A stretch of 64,000 nt of DNA from IMG/VR virus record IMGVR_UViG_3300022777_000088; one strand, written 5' to 3'. Numbering within the stretch: the stretch's first letter is position 1; every line of letters starts with the position of its first letter. The position numbers and the translations under genes were made by a program. Shown piece by piece: positions 45,132-55,471 of this stretch. Below the pieces are notes generated by a model. That model was not told where the DNA came from, did no database searches, and saw only the letters and a program-made list of their open reading frames with translations. The stretch is from a virus.

Positions 45132-45170
45132 CTAATATATATGGACGAACAAAAGTCCAAATGAAATCAA

Positions 45171-45464
45171 ATGAAAGAACAAAAGCTACGGCAAAAAGTT
45201 CGGTCGCTTATCAAAGAAGAGCTTTCGCCATCAAAGAAGAACCGAGTTCTTGAAGACCTCGAAGAAGAGGTTGAGAACATGATCAACTCTGTGCTCATTG
45301 ACTACGGGGTTCACAAAGACGGTCTTTCCGATCAGCAGGAAGCGAAGCTGTATCGCCGCCTTTGTGACGTGGTTGATGAAACACTTGATCAGTACAAGAC
45401 GACTCGCAAGCCTTCGGAGATTGAAGGCATTGAAGAGTATGAAGATTACATGGACTTGATGTAA
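45171..45464 (+). CDS. hypothetical protein with KLR..VRSLIKEEL leader
   Basis: N-terminus resembles capsid-targeting propeptides. Confidence 0.6.
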   Translation: MKEQKLRQKVRSLIKEELSPSKKNRVLEDLEEEVENMINSVLIDYGVHKDGLSDQQEAKLYRRLCDVVDETLDQYKTTRKPSEIEGIEEYEDYMDLM

Positions 45465-45468
45465 TAAG

Positions 45469-46365
45469 ATGGTAAAGCTGAAGAATCTTCTCATTGAACG
45501 AATGCTTCGAGAGAAGCAAATCTTGTTTCACGGCGGCGCCGACTACAGCCAAGCGGTATTCTTGGCCGGTGGGGCTGGCTCTGGAAAAGGGTTTGCGTCC
45601 AACCAGTTCATGCAGGGCGAGAAGTTTCGTCGCTTTGACGTTGATCGCTGGAAAGAAGACTTTCTTGAGCTTGCAGATAAAACCGAGAGGTATCCAGAGA
45701 TTTCCGATCTCGATCTGCAGAACCCCGACGATGTGAGCCGCCTTCACCATTTTGTGAAGGACAAAGGAATTCACAACCGCTTCGTCAATAACGTTCTTCG
45801 AAATAACGATCAAGGCCGCCTTCCGAACGTGATGTTTGACGTGACGCTCAAGGAAGTTGATAAGCTCAACACGTTCCTTCCGCTTCTTCAACAAAGTGGG
45901 TATCCGGCAAAGAACATTCACTTGGTTTGGGTTCTGACGGATTACCAGATTGCAGTGAAGCGAAACCGGGATCGGCCCCGAATCGTTCCCGAAGACATTT
46001 TGTTGCAAACGCATGAAGGCGCTGCAGGCACCGTGACTCGCCTTGTGGACAGGGGATTGCCTCAAGGAATGGACGGGGCGGTTCACGCCATTCTGAACAA
46101 TCCTGAGCACACCGTTGTTCACACAGACGAAGACGGCGAACCTATCGAGTCGCCAGGCGACTTCTCTGATGTTCTTCCAGATGAAGAATCGGAGAACGTC
46201 GAAACAAAAGTGACCATTGAAGACTTTAAGTACATCACGTTGAAACAAGCAGGGAAACCTTTTCGTAGCATACTTGAAATCAAAGAAACCTTGGCACAAT
46301 GGATTCGACGAAACGCTCCAAAGACGGTACAGACGTGGACAAATCTCAGCGCGACGGAACGCTAA
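45469..46365 (+). CDS. zeta-toxin-like / AAA_33 P-loop kinase
   Basis: FLAGGAGSGKG, FDVDRWK, FDVT, AVKRNRDR; N-terminal KLKNLLIE. Confidence 0.75.
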   Translation: MVKLKNLLIERMLREKQILFHGGADYSQAVFLAGGAGSGKGFASNQFMQGEKFRRFDVDRWKEDFLELADKTERYPEISDLDLQNPDDVSRLHHFVKDKGIHNRFVNNVLRNNDQGRLPNVMFDVTLKEVDKLNTFLPLLQQSGYPAKNIHLVWVLTDYQIAVKRNRDRPRIVPEDILLQTHEGAAGTVTRLVDRGLPQGMDGAVHAILNNPEHTVVHTDEDGEPIESPGDFSDVLPDEESENVETKVTIEDFKYITLKQAGKPFRSILEIKETLAQWIRRNAPKTVQTWTNLSATER

Positions 46366-46479
46366 CCGTTCAGCAGTGGATGGACTTGATGAACGACTAC
46401 GACAATTTAAGCCGGTACGCGAAGAAGCGGAATAAGGACGGAAAATGACGATTGCACGAATAACCAAAAAATAGTTACA

Positions 46480-47103
46480 ATGAAATATGTGAGCTTCGAC
46501 ATTGAAACCGCTGGACTTGAGGCGGGAACGCACTCCATCCTTGAGTTTGGCGCAGTCATTGACGACCTCGAATCTCCAGTCGACGAGCTTCCGACGTTTC
46601 GGCGGCTCATCAAACACGAGCAAATCGTTGGGCAGCATTACGCCTTGGGAATGCACGTTGACAGCGGCATCCTGAAAGAGTTGCAGACGGCCGATCCCGA
46701 AGACAACAAAGAGATCACGACGCCGGATCAAGTGGGAGAAGAGTTTGCTCGGTTTCTCTACCGCAACGGGTTCAATGCAGATGAAAAAGAAAAGCGTTAC
46801 CCGACAGTCAAAGAGGCGGTTGGAAGCTATCGGCTGACCGGCGCTGGAAAGAACCTCAACGCGTTTGACATTGACCATGTTGAGGCTTCGCTTCCGGGTT
46901 TCGGTGACTACCTCATTTTCCATCACAGGGTGCTTGATCCGGGGCCGATGTACTTTGATCCCGAAAAAGATGAAGTGGTTCCGAACCTCTCTACGTGCCT
47001 TGAACGTGCAGGGCTTGACGAAAACGTTGAGCACACGGCTGTCGCGGACAGCAAAGATGTCATCAAACTGATCCGACTCAGCAAAGACGTGCCACTTGAG
47101 TAA
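46480..47103 (+). CDS. DEDDh 3'-5' exonuclease (oligoribonuclease-like)
   Basis: FDIETAG, AFDIDH, HTAVAD. Confidence 0.85.
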   Translation: MKYVSFDIETAGLEAGTHSILEFGAVIDDLESPVDELPTFRRLIKHEQIVGQHYALGMHVDSGILKELQTADPEDNKEITTPDQVGEEFARFLYRNGFNADEKEKRYPTVKEAVGSYRLTGAGKNLNAFDIDHVEASLPGFGDYLIFHHRVLDPGPMYFDPEKDEVVPNLSTCLERAGLDENVEHTAVADSKDVIKLIRLSKDVPLE

Positions 47104-47143
47104 GACATTTTGGCAGTTTGTCATGGTTTGGTATATGGTTTGC

Positions 47144-47159
47144 TCTATCTGAGGGTGAA
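47144..47159 (+). promoter_or_regulatory. putative late-type promoter
   Basis: TCTATCTGAGGGTGAA upstream of Hsp20. Confidence 0.45.
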
Positions 47160-47205
47160 CACCTTCGGACACAAACACACGAACCAAAACCAAATCAAAC
47201 AAACC

Positions 47206-47637
47206 ATGACAAATCTTACACGCACTTCCAACAACGGCACGAAGACTGGACTTCCTGGATGGAGCACCATCGACAGGGACTTCGATCGAATGCTTGATGA
47301 AATGTTCCGACCATTTGGATCAAGCAAGTCAAAGGCTGGACAGACGAACATCGTCGAGCACGACGACAGCTTCGAGTGGCAAGTTGATATGCCCGGCGTC
47401 GGAGAAGATAATATCGACGTGAGCTACGACCGAAAGAGCAATACGCTTTCGGTTTCCACGAGCTACGAAGAGTCCAGTGAGAACGCTTCAATGCGTCGGG
47501 ACTTCCGTTACAGCGTACGGCTCGGTAGCGAGATTGACACGGAAGGAATCACTGCCGAGTACGAGCAAGGCGTTCTTCACGTGAACCTTCCAAAGACTGA
47601 ACGTGAAGAGAACGTCAAGCAAATCGAGGTTACGTAA
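47206..47637 (+). CDS. Hsp20 / alpha-crystallin small heat-shock protein
   Basis: DMPGV...IDV...AEYEQGVLHVNLPK. Confidence 0.92.
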   Translation: MTNLTRTSNNGTKTGLPGWSTIDRDFDRMLDEMFRPFGSSKSKAGQTNIVEHDDSFEWQVDMPGVGEDNIDVSYDRKSNTLSVSTSYEESSENASMRRDFRYSVRLGSEIDTEGITAEYEQGVLHVNLPKTEREENVKQIEVT

Positions 47638-47667
47638 CGACTGACCCGACATTGTGAACAGGCGATG

Positions 47668-47705
47668 AAAGCGTCCGGCGAGTGGGAACATTTGCCGGAC
47701 GCTTT
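47668..47705 (+). terminator. hairpin terminator after Hsp20
   Basis: AAAGCGTCCGGC...GCCGGACGCTTT. Confidence 0.65.
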
Positions 47706-47760
47706 CTATATTTACACTTGAACAGCACAGCATTCATTGTACACGCAACTTTTTCCTATT

Positions 47761-48147
47761 ATGGAACATTCTCCAGAAGAAATCAGCGTGAGCGATCCTG
47801 TGTATATCGTGCGCAAGCGGCTCGGTGAGCAGCTTGACGGCGACGCAGATCGTGAGCAGCAAATTCAAGACATGGCGGCCATCGGTGGTGAAGTCGACCA
47901 CAACGTAGCCACAAACATTCGCAGTGACTACGAGCAAGAAATCGGAGACGTTCTTTCCGACATGGGGGGCGGCCCAATGGGCGGCGGAATGGAAATGGAA
48001 AACCCTGTTGAGAACTTCAAGCAACAGAGTGACGAGGAAATGAGTGACGAAGAGGCGCGAGAACGCATGAAGAAGTTTATGCGGGTTTCGAGCCTTCAGA
48101 TTGCATACAGGGGATACACTGTATTCAAGTCAATCGTTATGAACTAG
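47761..48147 (+). CDS. hypothetical protein
   Basis: Acidic ORF. Confidence 0.55.
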   Translation: MEHSPEEISVSDPVYIVRKRLGEQLDGDADREQQIQDMAAIGGEVDHNVATNIRSDYEQEIGDVLSDMGGGPMGGGMEMENPVENFKQQSDEEMSDEEARERMKKFMRVSSLQIAYRGYTVFKSIVMN

Positions 48148-48162
48148 AAAAGAGGTTTCGCT

Positions 48163-48615
48163 ATGGACAAGACGTTCCAGAAGTTCGATGGCGACACGGT
48201 AGACAATCCGATCGAGTACGTCAAAGACTACATCAATGAGGATTCCGAGGTTTTCGTCGGCACCGACTCGCAGGTGTACGCTGACCACACGAAGTACGTG
48301 ACAGCAATCTGCATGTACGACGGAGATCGTGGAGCACACATTATTTACAGTCGGAACAAGATGTACAGAGACGAACGAGAGTTGTTCAATCGTCTCTGGG
48401 AAGAGGCTGAAGCGACAATCAATGTCGCCGGTGAGCTTTCCGAGGAGATCGGTATCGGAAAGGTCGTGATGCACTTTGACATCAATCCGGACGAGCAGTA
48501 CCGTAGCAACGTTGCCCACGAGGCTGCGGTGGGACTCGCAAAGTCTGCTGGCTTCAGCTTCGACGTGAAGCCGCAGGCATGGGCCGCTACGTGTGCAGCG
48601 GACCACTTGAACTAG
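48163..48615 (+). CDS. RNase H-like YkuK/DUF458 family protein
   Basis: VFVGTDSQ, RLWEE, MHFDIN, KPQAWAATCAAD. Confidence 0.85.
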   Translation: MDKTFQKFDGDTVDNPIEYVKDYINEDSEVFVGTDSQVYADHTKYVTAICMYDGDRGAHIIYSRNKMYRDERELFNRLWEEAEATINVAGELSEEIGIGKVVMHFDINPDEQYRSNVAHEAAVGLAKSAGFSFDVKPQAWAATCAADHLN

Positions 48616-48634
48616 AAACCAAAAAAGAACCACA

Positions 48635-49114
48635 GTGGCAAGTTTTGTCAAACTACTTGAGCAGGTAAGTCGAGACGACCCGTTTTCTCCATTTTTCGAT
48701 ACGGTCCGGCACATGAGTCCGGAGGAAATCGAGTTTCTGGAATCACATGAGTCGAACCCAAGTAAAAAGAACACAAAGACGCCGCCTGCCCAAGTGGAGT
48801 GGCAGTGGGACGAAGGAGATCTCGTGTACAACTGCCACCTCGTAAAAGAGGTGTATGATAACAGCCGCCGTGGGCTCGATCCGGAAGACACCGACAACCC
48901 GAAGCGATACAAGCTCATGGGGTTTGCGTATAACAACCGCAACAACCTCACAGGGCTTGTGGATGATTATACGTCGGTGTCCGAAGAGTTTGCGGAAGAA
49001 GCGCGAATAGATATTCTTAGGGAGTTTCTTGAAGAGCAAGACTTTCTCTACGAGAAGAATACGAGCGGGGACAAAATCTACTCGTTCTCGCGCCCTTCCG
49101 ACTTTGAATTCTAA
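48635..49114 (+). CDS. hypothetical protein
   Basis: ORF with MASFVKLLE leader. Confidence 0.6.
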   Translation: MASFVKLLEQVSRDDPFSPFFDTVRHMSPEEIEFLESHESNPSKKNTKTPPAQVEWQWDEGDLVYNCHLVKEVYDNSRRGLDPEDTDNPKRYKLMGFAYNNRNNLTGLVDDYTSVSEEFAEEARIDILREFLEEQDFLYEKNTSGDKIYSFSRPSDFEF

Positions 49115-49128
49115 GAAACGAAACAAGT

Positions 49129-49734
49129 ATGCCTTTTGGCGGCGCCTTTGTCACAAGTGGAAACGCGTATCTACCTGCCTACGTGCCAGCATATGTTGAT
49201 TGGCGGCACACAGGAGGTTACGGGGGAGCTGAACCGCAATACGATTTGGAGGACTTTCCCAATGCCTTGCAGAAGAAGGTCAATAAGACCATGCGCAAGC
49301 AAGCGGTTCGGGCACACGCAGAACGAATGAAGTATGCCAGCAAGTTCAAAAAGTTTCGAGAGAAGGTGTGCTCAGAAATGCAAGAGGAAGACTTGCGGCG
49401 GCCCGGCGTCGAGCTTGTAGGGAAAGAAAATGATCCCGACAAAGATCTGGTCTACGTCACTTACGTGATCGACGAAGACTCAAAGGGGAAGATGAAAGAA
49501 ATCCAAGACTTTATCGTTGACGCTTTCCACAAGTTCGGCCTTGGAGAGTATTTTCGAGCGGAACCGGAAGGCGCAGTTCCCGAAACCGATGAAGACGAAG
49601 AGCAACCGCAAGGCAAAGGCGATGTCGTTGTTTGGGTTTGGCCCCGACGCGACCACGACTATCCAGAGTTCGATAAGACTCCCGTTGATTACTTCGATCC
49701 GGAAGACGAAGATGACGGCGGCGGTGGATTTTAA
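49129..49734 (+). CDS. hypothetical protein
   Basis: ORF. Confidence 0.6.
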   Translation: MPFGGAFVTSGNAYLPAYVPAYVDWRHTGGYGGAEPQYDLEDFPNALQKKVNKTMRKQAVRAHAERMKYASKFKKFREKVCSEMQEEDLRRPGVELVGKENDPDKDLVYVTYVIDEDSKGKMKEIQDFIVDAFHKFGLGEYFRAEPEGAVPETDEDEEQPQGKGDVVVWVWPRRDHDYPEFDKTPVDYFDPEDEDDGGGGF

Positions 49735-49969
49735 TCTCAAATCTCAATCTACACATGGAGTCCACTTCACACAGATCTTACGCAGTTTACGACGACAGCG
49801 ACCAGCGGCCGGTTCTTGGCTGGGAGCGAACAGATCTTTCAGAAGACGAATACATTCCACTCGTTCCAAGTGGTGAAGGAAAACTTGTTTCCGCGAAACA
49901 GTTTGGCGAGTACACAATCAAAACAGTAGAGCCCGATTTCGAGACTCGAAAAATCCTTCATGGTTAGCC

Positions 49970-50647
49970 ATGCGAAAGGTACTTGTTATCGGTGACGTTC
50001 ACGGAAAGGTTGGCGAGTACTTTGACCTGCTCGACGACTTCGTGAAAAGCTACCGACACTTCGACCACGAGCTTTACAGCTTGCAGCTCGGTGACTTCGG
50101 TTTCAAAGACACGTACCGCCAGCGCAAGCGACACTTTGACCGCTCTGAGCGATACGACATCGAGCAGCACCCTTTCTTTGGCGGAAATCACGACGAGTAC
50201 CCGATTCCCGATTGGGCGGGATCTCTCAATCACTTCGGAGAAGTTCCGTTTGTCCCCAACAGCTTCTATGTGCGTGGGGCATATTCCATTGACAGGGACA
50301 GCCGTACCGTGGGGCGAGACTGGTGGCCCGAGGAAGAGCTTGATTGGAAACAGTCAAGAGAGGCGCTTGAAGAATACATAAAGGTGGAGCCGAAGCATGT
50401 ATTTTCGCATGACGCTCCACAAAGCATTCCAGAAAAAATGTTTCCAGAGAAAGTGAACCACTCCACGAACACCGGCAAGCTGCTCGAACAGATGTTCCAG
50501 GAGCACCAGCCAGAGACGTGGACGTTTGGCCACTGGCACATAAACCGGACCGTCAACGTTGGCGGCACGAAGTTTCAGTGCCTCGGCGAGCTGGAAACGT
50601 TGGAAATGGAGTTCCTTCCACACGAAATCAGCGAGCACGATGGATAA
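49970..50647 (+). CDS. calcineurin-like metallophosphoesterase
   Basis: GDVHG, GDFG, GNHD, SHDAP, FGHWH. Confidence 0.92.
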   Translation: MRKVLVIGDVHGKVGEYFDLLDDFVKSYRHFDHELYSLQLGDFGFKDTYRQRKRHFDRSERYDIEQHPFFGGNHDEYPIPDWAGSLNHFGEVPFVPNSFYVRGAYSIDRDSRTVGRDWWPEEELDWKQSREALEEYIKVEPKHVFSHDAPQSIPEKMFPEKVNHSTNTGKLLEQMFQEHQPETWTFGHWHINRTVNVGGTKFQCLGELETLEMEFLPHEISEHDG

Positions 50648-51533
50648 CATGTTAAGCAAAACGTGGTTTCACCTTTTGCTCGGCGGTGTCGGAATGTTTA
50701 CGCTTTCGGCGGTTATATTCGGAGGGTTTATTCACACTCTGATAATCAGCCCCGGAAGTTTGGCGTTTCTGACATTCCTCATATTCTCGGGCGCCTCTTC
50801 GATGGCATCTGGCATCTTGATGATGTTTGACTCAATGAAGTATAAAGTCCGTGAAGAAGTCGGACGTGCTATTCGCCGTAAAGAGAATTCAGATGATACG
50901 GTGGTGGTCAAAAAAGAGGATCAAGAACACATGGATAAGCTGCTCGACCGTTGTGAACGGCTTCGTCCAGAACATCTTGAGAGACCATGAGCACCACCGT
51001 TTCCGAACTTTCCGACGCGTGGAAAGACTATTTTGAATGGAAACGGCACGTGCGCGAAGAGCGCCGTAAAAGTGAAGACCCTGATCTCTTCTCAAGTCTT
51101 GAGGCGGCCGAGGTAGCCGCCAAGTCACTTCTTCAAGATTTCCAGAATGAGCCGAATTCTTCAGTCGTCACGATATTTATTACTGGCGACAGCAACTACA
51201 AAATCGACGCCATCTCCAACCACGACGAGTTTGAGCTTCACCGAAGCGAGTACAAAGGTGAAGACGTTGTGGCACTTTGTTTTTATCGGAACGGCGATCC
51301 TTTCATCAAATCAATGCGATAACGTTATGTCTATGCGATACAAGAGCGCAGTCGAACGCAAGCTGCGCCAAAGCGAAAATCAACTCGACAACCTCGAAAA
51401 GCAACTGAACGCTCTTGGACTTCCTGCAGAGCAAAAGGACGCTCTCGCGTCTATGGCGAAGTCCGCGCGGCGTCAAGTCAATGACGCCAGAAAGAAAGTT
51501 GAGCTGGAAGATGAATATCACGGCATGTAGATA

Positions 51534-51980
51534 ATGGATCCGCACGAAGACGGAACCAAACACCTCAACGTCTCACACAACGCGAAAACGCAACTTGGCC
51601 GGATGCTTTCACCTCCATATCCGGCCGAAGTCGAGCTTCCCAATGACGGCACATTTTCGAGCGTCGGGGGCTACTGGTGTTGGCTTTTGTGGGACTCCGA
51701 AAAGTTTCGCGACCTCTCCGGTGAAGATATGTTTGTCGAGAAGGAGTTTCCCAAAGCCCAAAAGCAAGTGGACTCTCGCGAGTTTCAGGAGAAGATTTTG
51801 AGGGCCACTTGGCACAAGATTCGCCAAAACTCTAACATTTTCTGGCGGTTCGAGCAAAACATTCTCCCGTTTCGTCGGTATTATGTAATGGAAGACCGTA
51901 TCTATAAACCGTCAGATGCAGAGTGGATCTGCGACGGCCTCGACACAATGCTTGGTTACGTTGACCACAACTTTTGGTAA
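51534..51980 (+). CDS. possible NADAR-like (T4 gp30.3-like) protein
   Basis: LNV...AKTQLGRMLS...GTFSSVGGYWCWL resembles this family from memory. Confidence 0.4.
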   Translation: MDPHEDGTKHLNVSHNAKTQLGRMLSPPYPAEVELPNDGTFSSVGGYWCWLLWDSEKFRDLSGEDMFVEKEFPKAQKQVDSREFQEKILRATWHKIRQNSNIFWRFEQNILPFRRYYVMEDRIYKPSDAEWICDGLDTMLGYVDHNFW

Positions 51981-51983
51981 GTT

Positions 51984-53234
51984 ATGACTTTTTACAAGTT
52001 CATCACTGGATTTGTTGCTCTCGGCACGGCGGCTTGTGCCGCTTTTTTCTCGGTGTTGGGAATCGCGACCTTTCTTGGCGGGAACTTCATCGAAGTCGCT
52101 ATCATGGCGGGGTTTCTTGAAGCGGGAAAGCTCGTTTGCGCTTCTGCCGCCTACAAGTTTCGTAAGGTAGCGGCCGGATGGATTCGGGGACTGCTTGTGA
52201 CGTTTACGATCATCATGATGTTGATAACGTCCACAGGCATCTTCGGATTTCTGTCCAGTTCATATCAGCAAGCCGCCTCTGAACGCGACATTTCTGAGCA
52301 GCAAATCGAAAATGTTCGGTCAAAGAAAGAGTCATTCAATCAGCGCATTGAGCGGCTTGAGCAAGACAGGCAGCGGCTTGTGAGCACGCAAGAGCGGCTT
52401 CAGAACCTTCAAGCCGAGCAGGGTTGGCTCTCCGAAAGGCAAGACCAACGGCTGTCAGAAGTTCCACCAGAGCTTCAAACTGTTGACTCTACGCTTTCCG
52501 CAACTCGCGATTCGGTTCTTGCGCTCAATCAGAAAATCACCGAGCTTGAAGCAAATCAATCTTCGGAAGCGAAGCTTGGGCCGATTATGTTTGTTGCCGA
52601 CACTGTTGGGCTCGATCCGGACAGGGCGGCGCTGTACTTCATCTTGCTTCTCATCTTTGTGTTTGACCCGATGGCTGTGACGCTTGTGGTTGCTCTGTCA
52701 ATGGCAACCGATCTTGAAGAGACGGTCACGGAAGAAGACACAAAGGAAGAGCAGTCGGTGGAAGAGCAAGTTGAAGTGAGCGCGACGGCGGGCAAAAAAT
52801 CAATGTCCCCTCTTGACGTGGCGAAAGATCTCGGCAAGCCGCTTCCCGACAGCGATAAGAAAGAGGAAAAGAGCATGAGCAACGAAGATCTTCGGGAACC
52901 AAACGAAGAAAGCAAGGAATCAATTGATCAAACCGAAAGTGGCGATCTCAATGAGTATGAAGACGTGAACGAGCTTCAAGACAAAGTGCTTGACGCTACG
53001 GAGCCGCTTTCTCCGGACGAGAGAGTTCAGCGAATGAAAGATTACGCAAGTGTTGGATCTTCGTCAGACCTTTATAAAAAGGAAGATTCACAGAACAAAG
53101 AGCAGGGGGAGTCCGTAGAAGAAGACGGTAACTACCAAGAGTGGCTGGACGAAGCAAAGTCTGAAGAAAATCCAGACACTGAAGAGAAACCTTGGAAAAA
53201 CCCATTCAAACCTCCATTCGGATCAGCTGAATAG
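51984..53234 (+). CDS. membrane protein with coiled coil and acidic tail
   Basis: Three N-terminal TMs (LEAGKLV), coiled coil, TM pair LGPIMF...FDP. Confidence 0.75.
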   Translation: MTFYKFITGFVALGTAACAAFFSVLGIATFLGGNFIEVAIMAGFLEAGKLVCASAAYKFRKVAAGWIRGLLVTFTIIMMLITSTGIFGFLSSSYQQAASERDISEQQIENVRSKKESFNQRIERLEQDRQRLVSTQERLQNLQAEQGWLSERQDQRLSEVPPELQTVDSTLSATRDSVLALNQKITELEANQSSEAKLGPIMFVADTVGLDPDRAALYFILLLIFVFDPMAVTLVVALSMATDLEETVTEEDTKEEQSVEEQVEVSATAGKKSMSPLDVAKDLGKPLPDSDKKEEKSMSNEDLREPNEESKESIDQTESGDLNEYEDVNELQDKVLDATEPLSPDERVQRMKDYASVGSSSDLYKKEDSQNKEQGESVEEDGNYQEWLDEAKSEENPDTEEKPWKNPFKPPFGSAE

Positions 53235-53260
53235 GCTATTTCACTATAAACCCTCCATTT

Positions 53261-54352
53261 ATGAGCGAAAACAAAAAGGTTATAGACGACGGCGGTGAAT
53301 ACCGCTTTGTTCCGGACTTCACGACGACGGAGCTTCCCGCTGGCGTGTATTATCCAGACTACAACTCCAACGGGGCGTTCATCCTCGTGGAGTCTGCAGA
53401 CTTTCCAGATGAAGCGGAAGTATCGGTTTCCGAAGACCCGCCGTTCGGTGAGATCATTGAGCACGAGAAGGACTTTTTCAGTGTTCATGAATCGAAACAG
53501 GCTTTGAATTCTGAGTATGGCGAGCCTGAGTCTGATCAAGAGGTAGCAGACAAAGATAAAACTCCAGACGGATCATCGGTCAAAACCGACAACGTTGAAG
53601 CGGAGTGGACGAACGACAGTTACTTTGACCTTCAGAACTTCAATGAAGGACTGCAAGAGGCCGAAGAGAACATCAACAAGTTCCTTCACTCTAAGCAGTA
53701 TTATGAGGACAATGACATAGCGTACAGGCGAAGCCTGCTTTTCTTTGGGCCGCCGGGTACGGGGAAGTCCCAATACGTCTCTAACAAGTGCTATGAGCTT
53801 GTGAAGAAGCTCAACGCTGTGGTCGTGAGGCTCGAAACACATGCGCAAGTGGAGATTTTCGCAGAAGACGGAATGCGAGAACTTGCTAACGGGTTGCCTC
53901 ACCGATTCAAGGTGATCGTGTTTGAAGAACTTTCCGAAGTCACGAAGCATGATCAAATCAAGCAGTATGTAGTCAACATCCTTGACAGCAGCCAGCTTCG
54001 GGAAAACGTGCTCTTCATGGCGACGACAAACGACCCGCAGCGGCTTCCCGACAACTTTGTTGATCGGCCAGGAAGGCTTGACTTTCTTCACGGCGTGTAT
54101 GCGAAAGATAACGATCCGGACTACATTCCTCTCTTTTACGAGCACCTTATTGGAGAAGAGTATCCGGTCGACGATCCGGAGTGGACAGGCAAGATCGCAA
54201 CCGAACTCACTCCCGCTTACGTCAAGGGACTCTTCATCACCGCCAAAGAGCGGAACGAAGGCTTGAAGAAGACCTACGAGCGCATCAAGAAACGCCGCCA
54301 GCTTGTGGACAACAACTTCAAGAGAAGCAAACCGGGATTCACTATGAATTAA
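53261..54352 (+). CDS. AAA+ ATPase
   Basis: GPPGTGKS, IVFEE, TTNDP, RPGRLD. Confidence 0.9.
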   Translation: MSENKKVIDDGGEYRFVPDFTTTELPAGVYYPDYNSNGAFILVESADFPDEAEVSVSEDPPFGEIIEHEKDFFSVHESKQALNSEYGEPESDQEVADKDKTPDGSSVKTDNVEAEWTNDSYFDLQNFNEGLQEAEENINKFLHSKQYYEDNDIAYRRSLLFFGPPGTGKSQYVSNKCYELVKKLNAVVVRLETHAQVEIFAEDGMRELANGLPHRFKVIVFEELSEVTKHDQIKQYVVNILDSSQLRENVLFMATTNDPQRLPDNFVDRPGRLDFLHGVYAKDNDPDYIPLFYEHLIGEEYPVDDPEWTGKIATELTPAYVKGLFITAKERNEGLKKTYERIKKRRQLVDNNFKRSKPGFTMN

Positions 54353-54362
54353 GATCCGGCTG

Positions 54363-54378
54363 TATATCTAAGGGTGAA
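54363..54378 (+). promoter_or_regulatory. putative late-type promoter
   Basis: TATATCTAAGGGTGAA upstream of ATG 54399. Confidence 0.55.
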
Positions 54379-54398
54379 CAGCCAAACGATATGCAGTT

Positions 54399-54959
54399 AT
54401 GGATATTACCGATCAGCAGCTCTACATTGACGACGACGATTTTGATTGGGAAATCGACACGGGTGCAATCACTCAAACGTCACAGCAGGTTCAAACTGAC
54501 AGTAGCGATAACGACTGGAAAATCACGACGACTGGAAGCACCACGATATCCGGTCAAAGTTCAAACAATTCCACCACGATCAAACAAGGTCAGATTTCAG
54601 GAGGAAGCGGCATTTCCGTCGGATCGGGCAGCGTTTCAACGGGAAGCATCTCCATCGGCCCCGACGAAGAGAAAGTAGAAAAGCTTCGTGAACTCGCCAA
54701 AGAGCAGCTTGACAAAGTCGAGAAGCTTCGTGATATTGTCATTGACTGGATTGTGGCGAAGACCCCGAGCCGAGAGAAAAAGATTCAGTGGAAACGAGAC
54801 CTTGACGTGATTGGAGAGTACAAGCGAGATCTCGAAGACGGCCTTTCCGAACCCGCAAACAGCGGCGGTATTGTTTGGGACGAAGCGATTCGGGAAGAGC
54901 AAACACTTGACCCTTCACAGCTTGATAAACTCAACGATATTTACCGCCGATGGACGTAG
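54399..54959 (+). CDS. hypothetical protein with T/S/G-rich segment
   Basis: ORF. Confidence 0.65.
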   Translation: MDITDQQLYIDDDDFDWEIDTGAITQTSQQVQTDSSDNDWKITTTGSTTISGQSSNNSTTIKQGQISGGSGISVGSGSVSTGSISIGPDEEKVEKLRELAKEQLDKVEKLRDIVIDWIVAKTPSREKKIQWKRDLDVIGEYKRDLEDGLSEPANSGGIVWDEAIREEQTLDPSQLDKLNDIYRRWT

Positions 54960-55471
54960 AGTGGTCGGGAGATTATTTGTCAATCATCAAAGCGAGTGAG
55001 TACGACTACGAGTCGGTTCACGAGCGAGATATGGTACTCGCTCTTCCGATCGTTGGCGGAAAGTATATTATCCGCAAAGAGCTGTGTCCGGCGTACACGG
55101 TGAAAGAAACCGAAGGCACAGAGAAGTTCTGGACAATGGTCTCCGGAACAGTCGACGAAGGCGAAGCGCCACTTGAAACAATTAAGCGGGAAATGGGAGA
55201 AGAAACGCCTGTTCGGCCAGAGCGAATCCGGATTATTGACCGTCGAGAAGAGATTCCGTTTATCAAACTCTCGACACAGCGGACGAGCATCTATCACTTT
55301 CGGGTGCTCGACTACGAGGAAACAGAAGCTGCAGGCGACGGCACTCCACTTGAAAGCCGAAGCACATACGAGTTTGTCACCTACGAAGAGTTGCAGGCGA
55401 TCGCAAATGAACCGAATGCAGACTTCACGATCCAGTTCGCTGCGGCTCTCGCAAATCCGAGTGATATATAA
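54950..55471 (+). CDS. Nudix hydrolase
   Basis: GTVDEGEAPLETIKREMGEET Nudix box. Confidence 0.85.
   Translation: MDVEWSGDYLSIIKASEYDYESVHERDMVLALPIVGGKYIIRKELCPAYTVKETEGTEKFWTMVSGTVDEGEAPLETIKREMGEETPVRPERIRIIDRREEIPFIKLSTQRTSIYHFRVLDYEETEAAGDGTPLESRSTYEFVTYEELQAIANEPNADFTIQFAAALANPSDI

Noticed and set aside
45295-47202. Long antisense ORFs (also 11-1021, 35030-36334, 33997-34740, 23535-24461)
   Set aside because: Shadows of well-supported genes on the opposite strand; no recognisable motifs.
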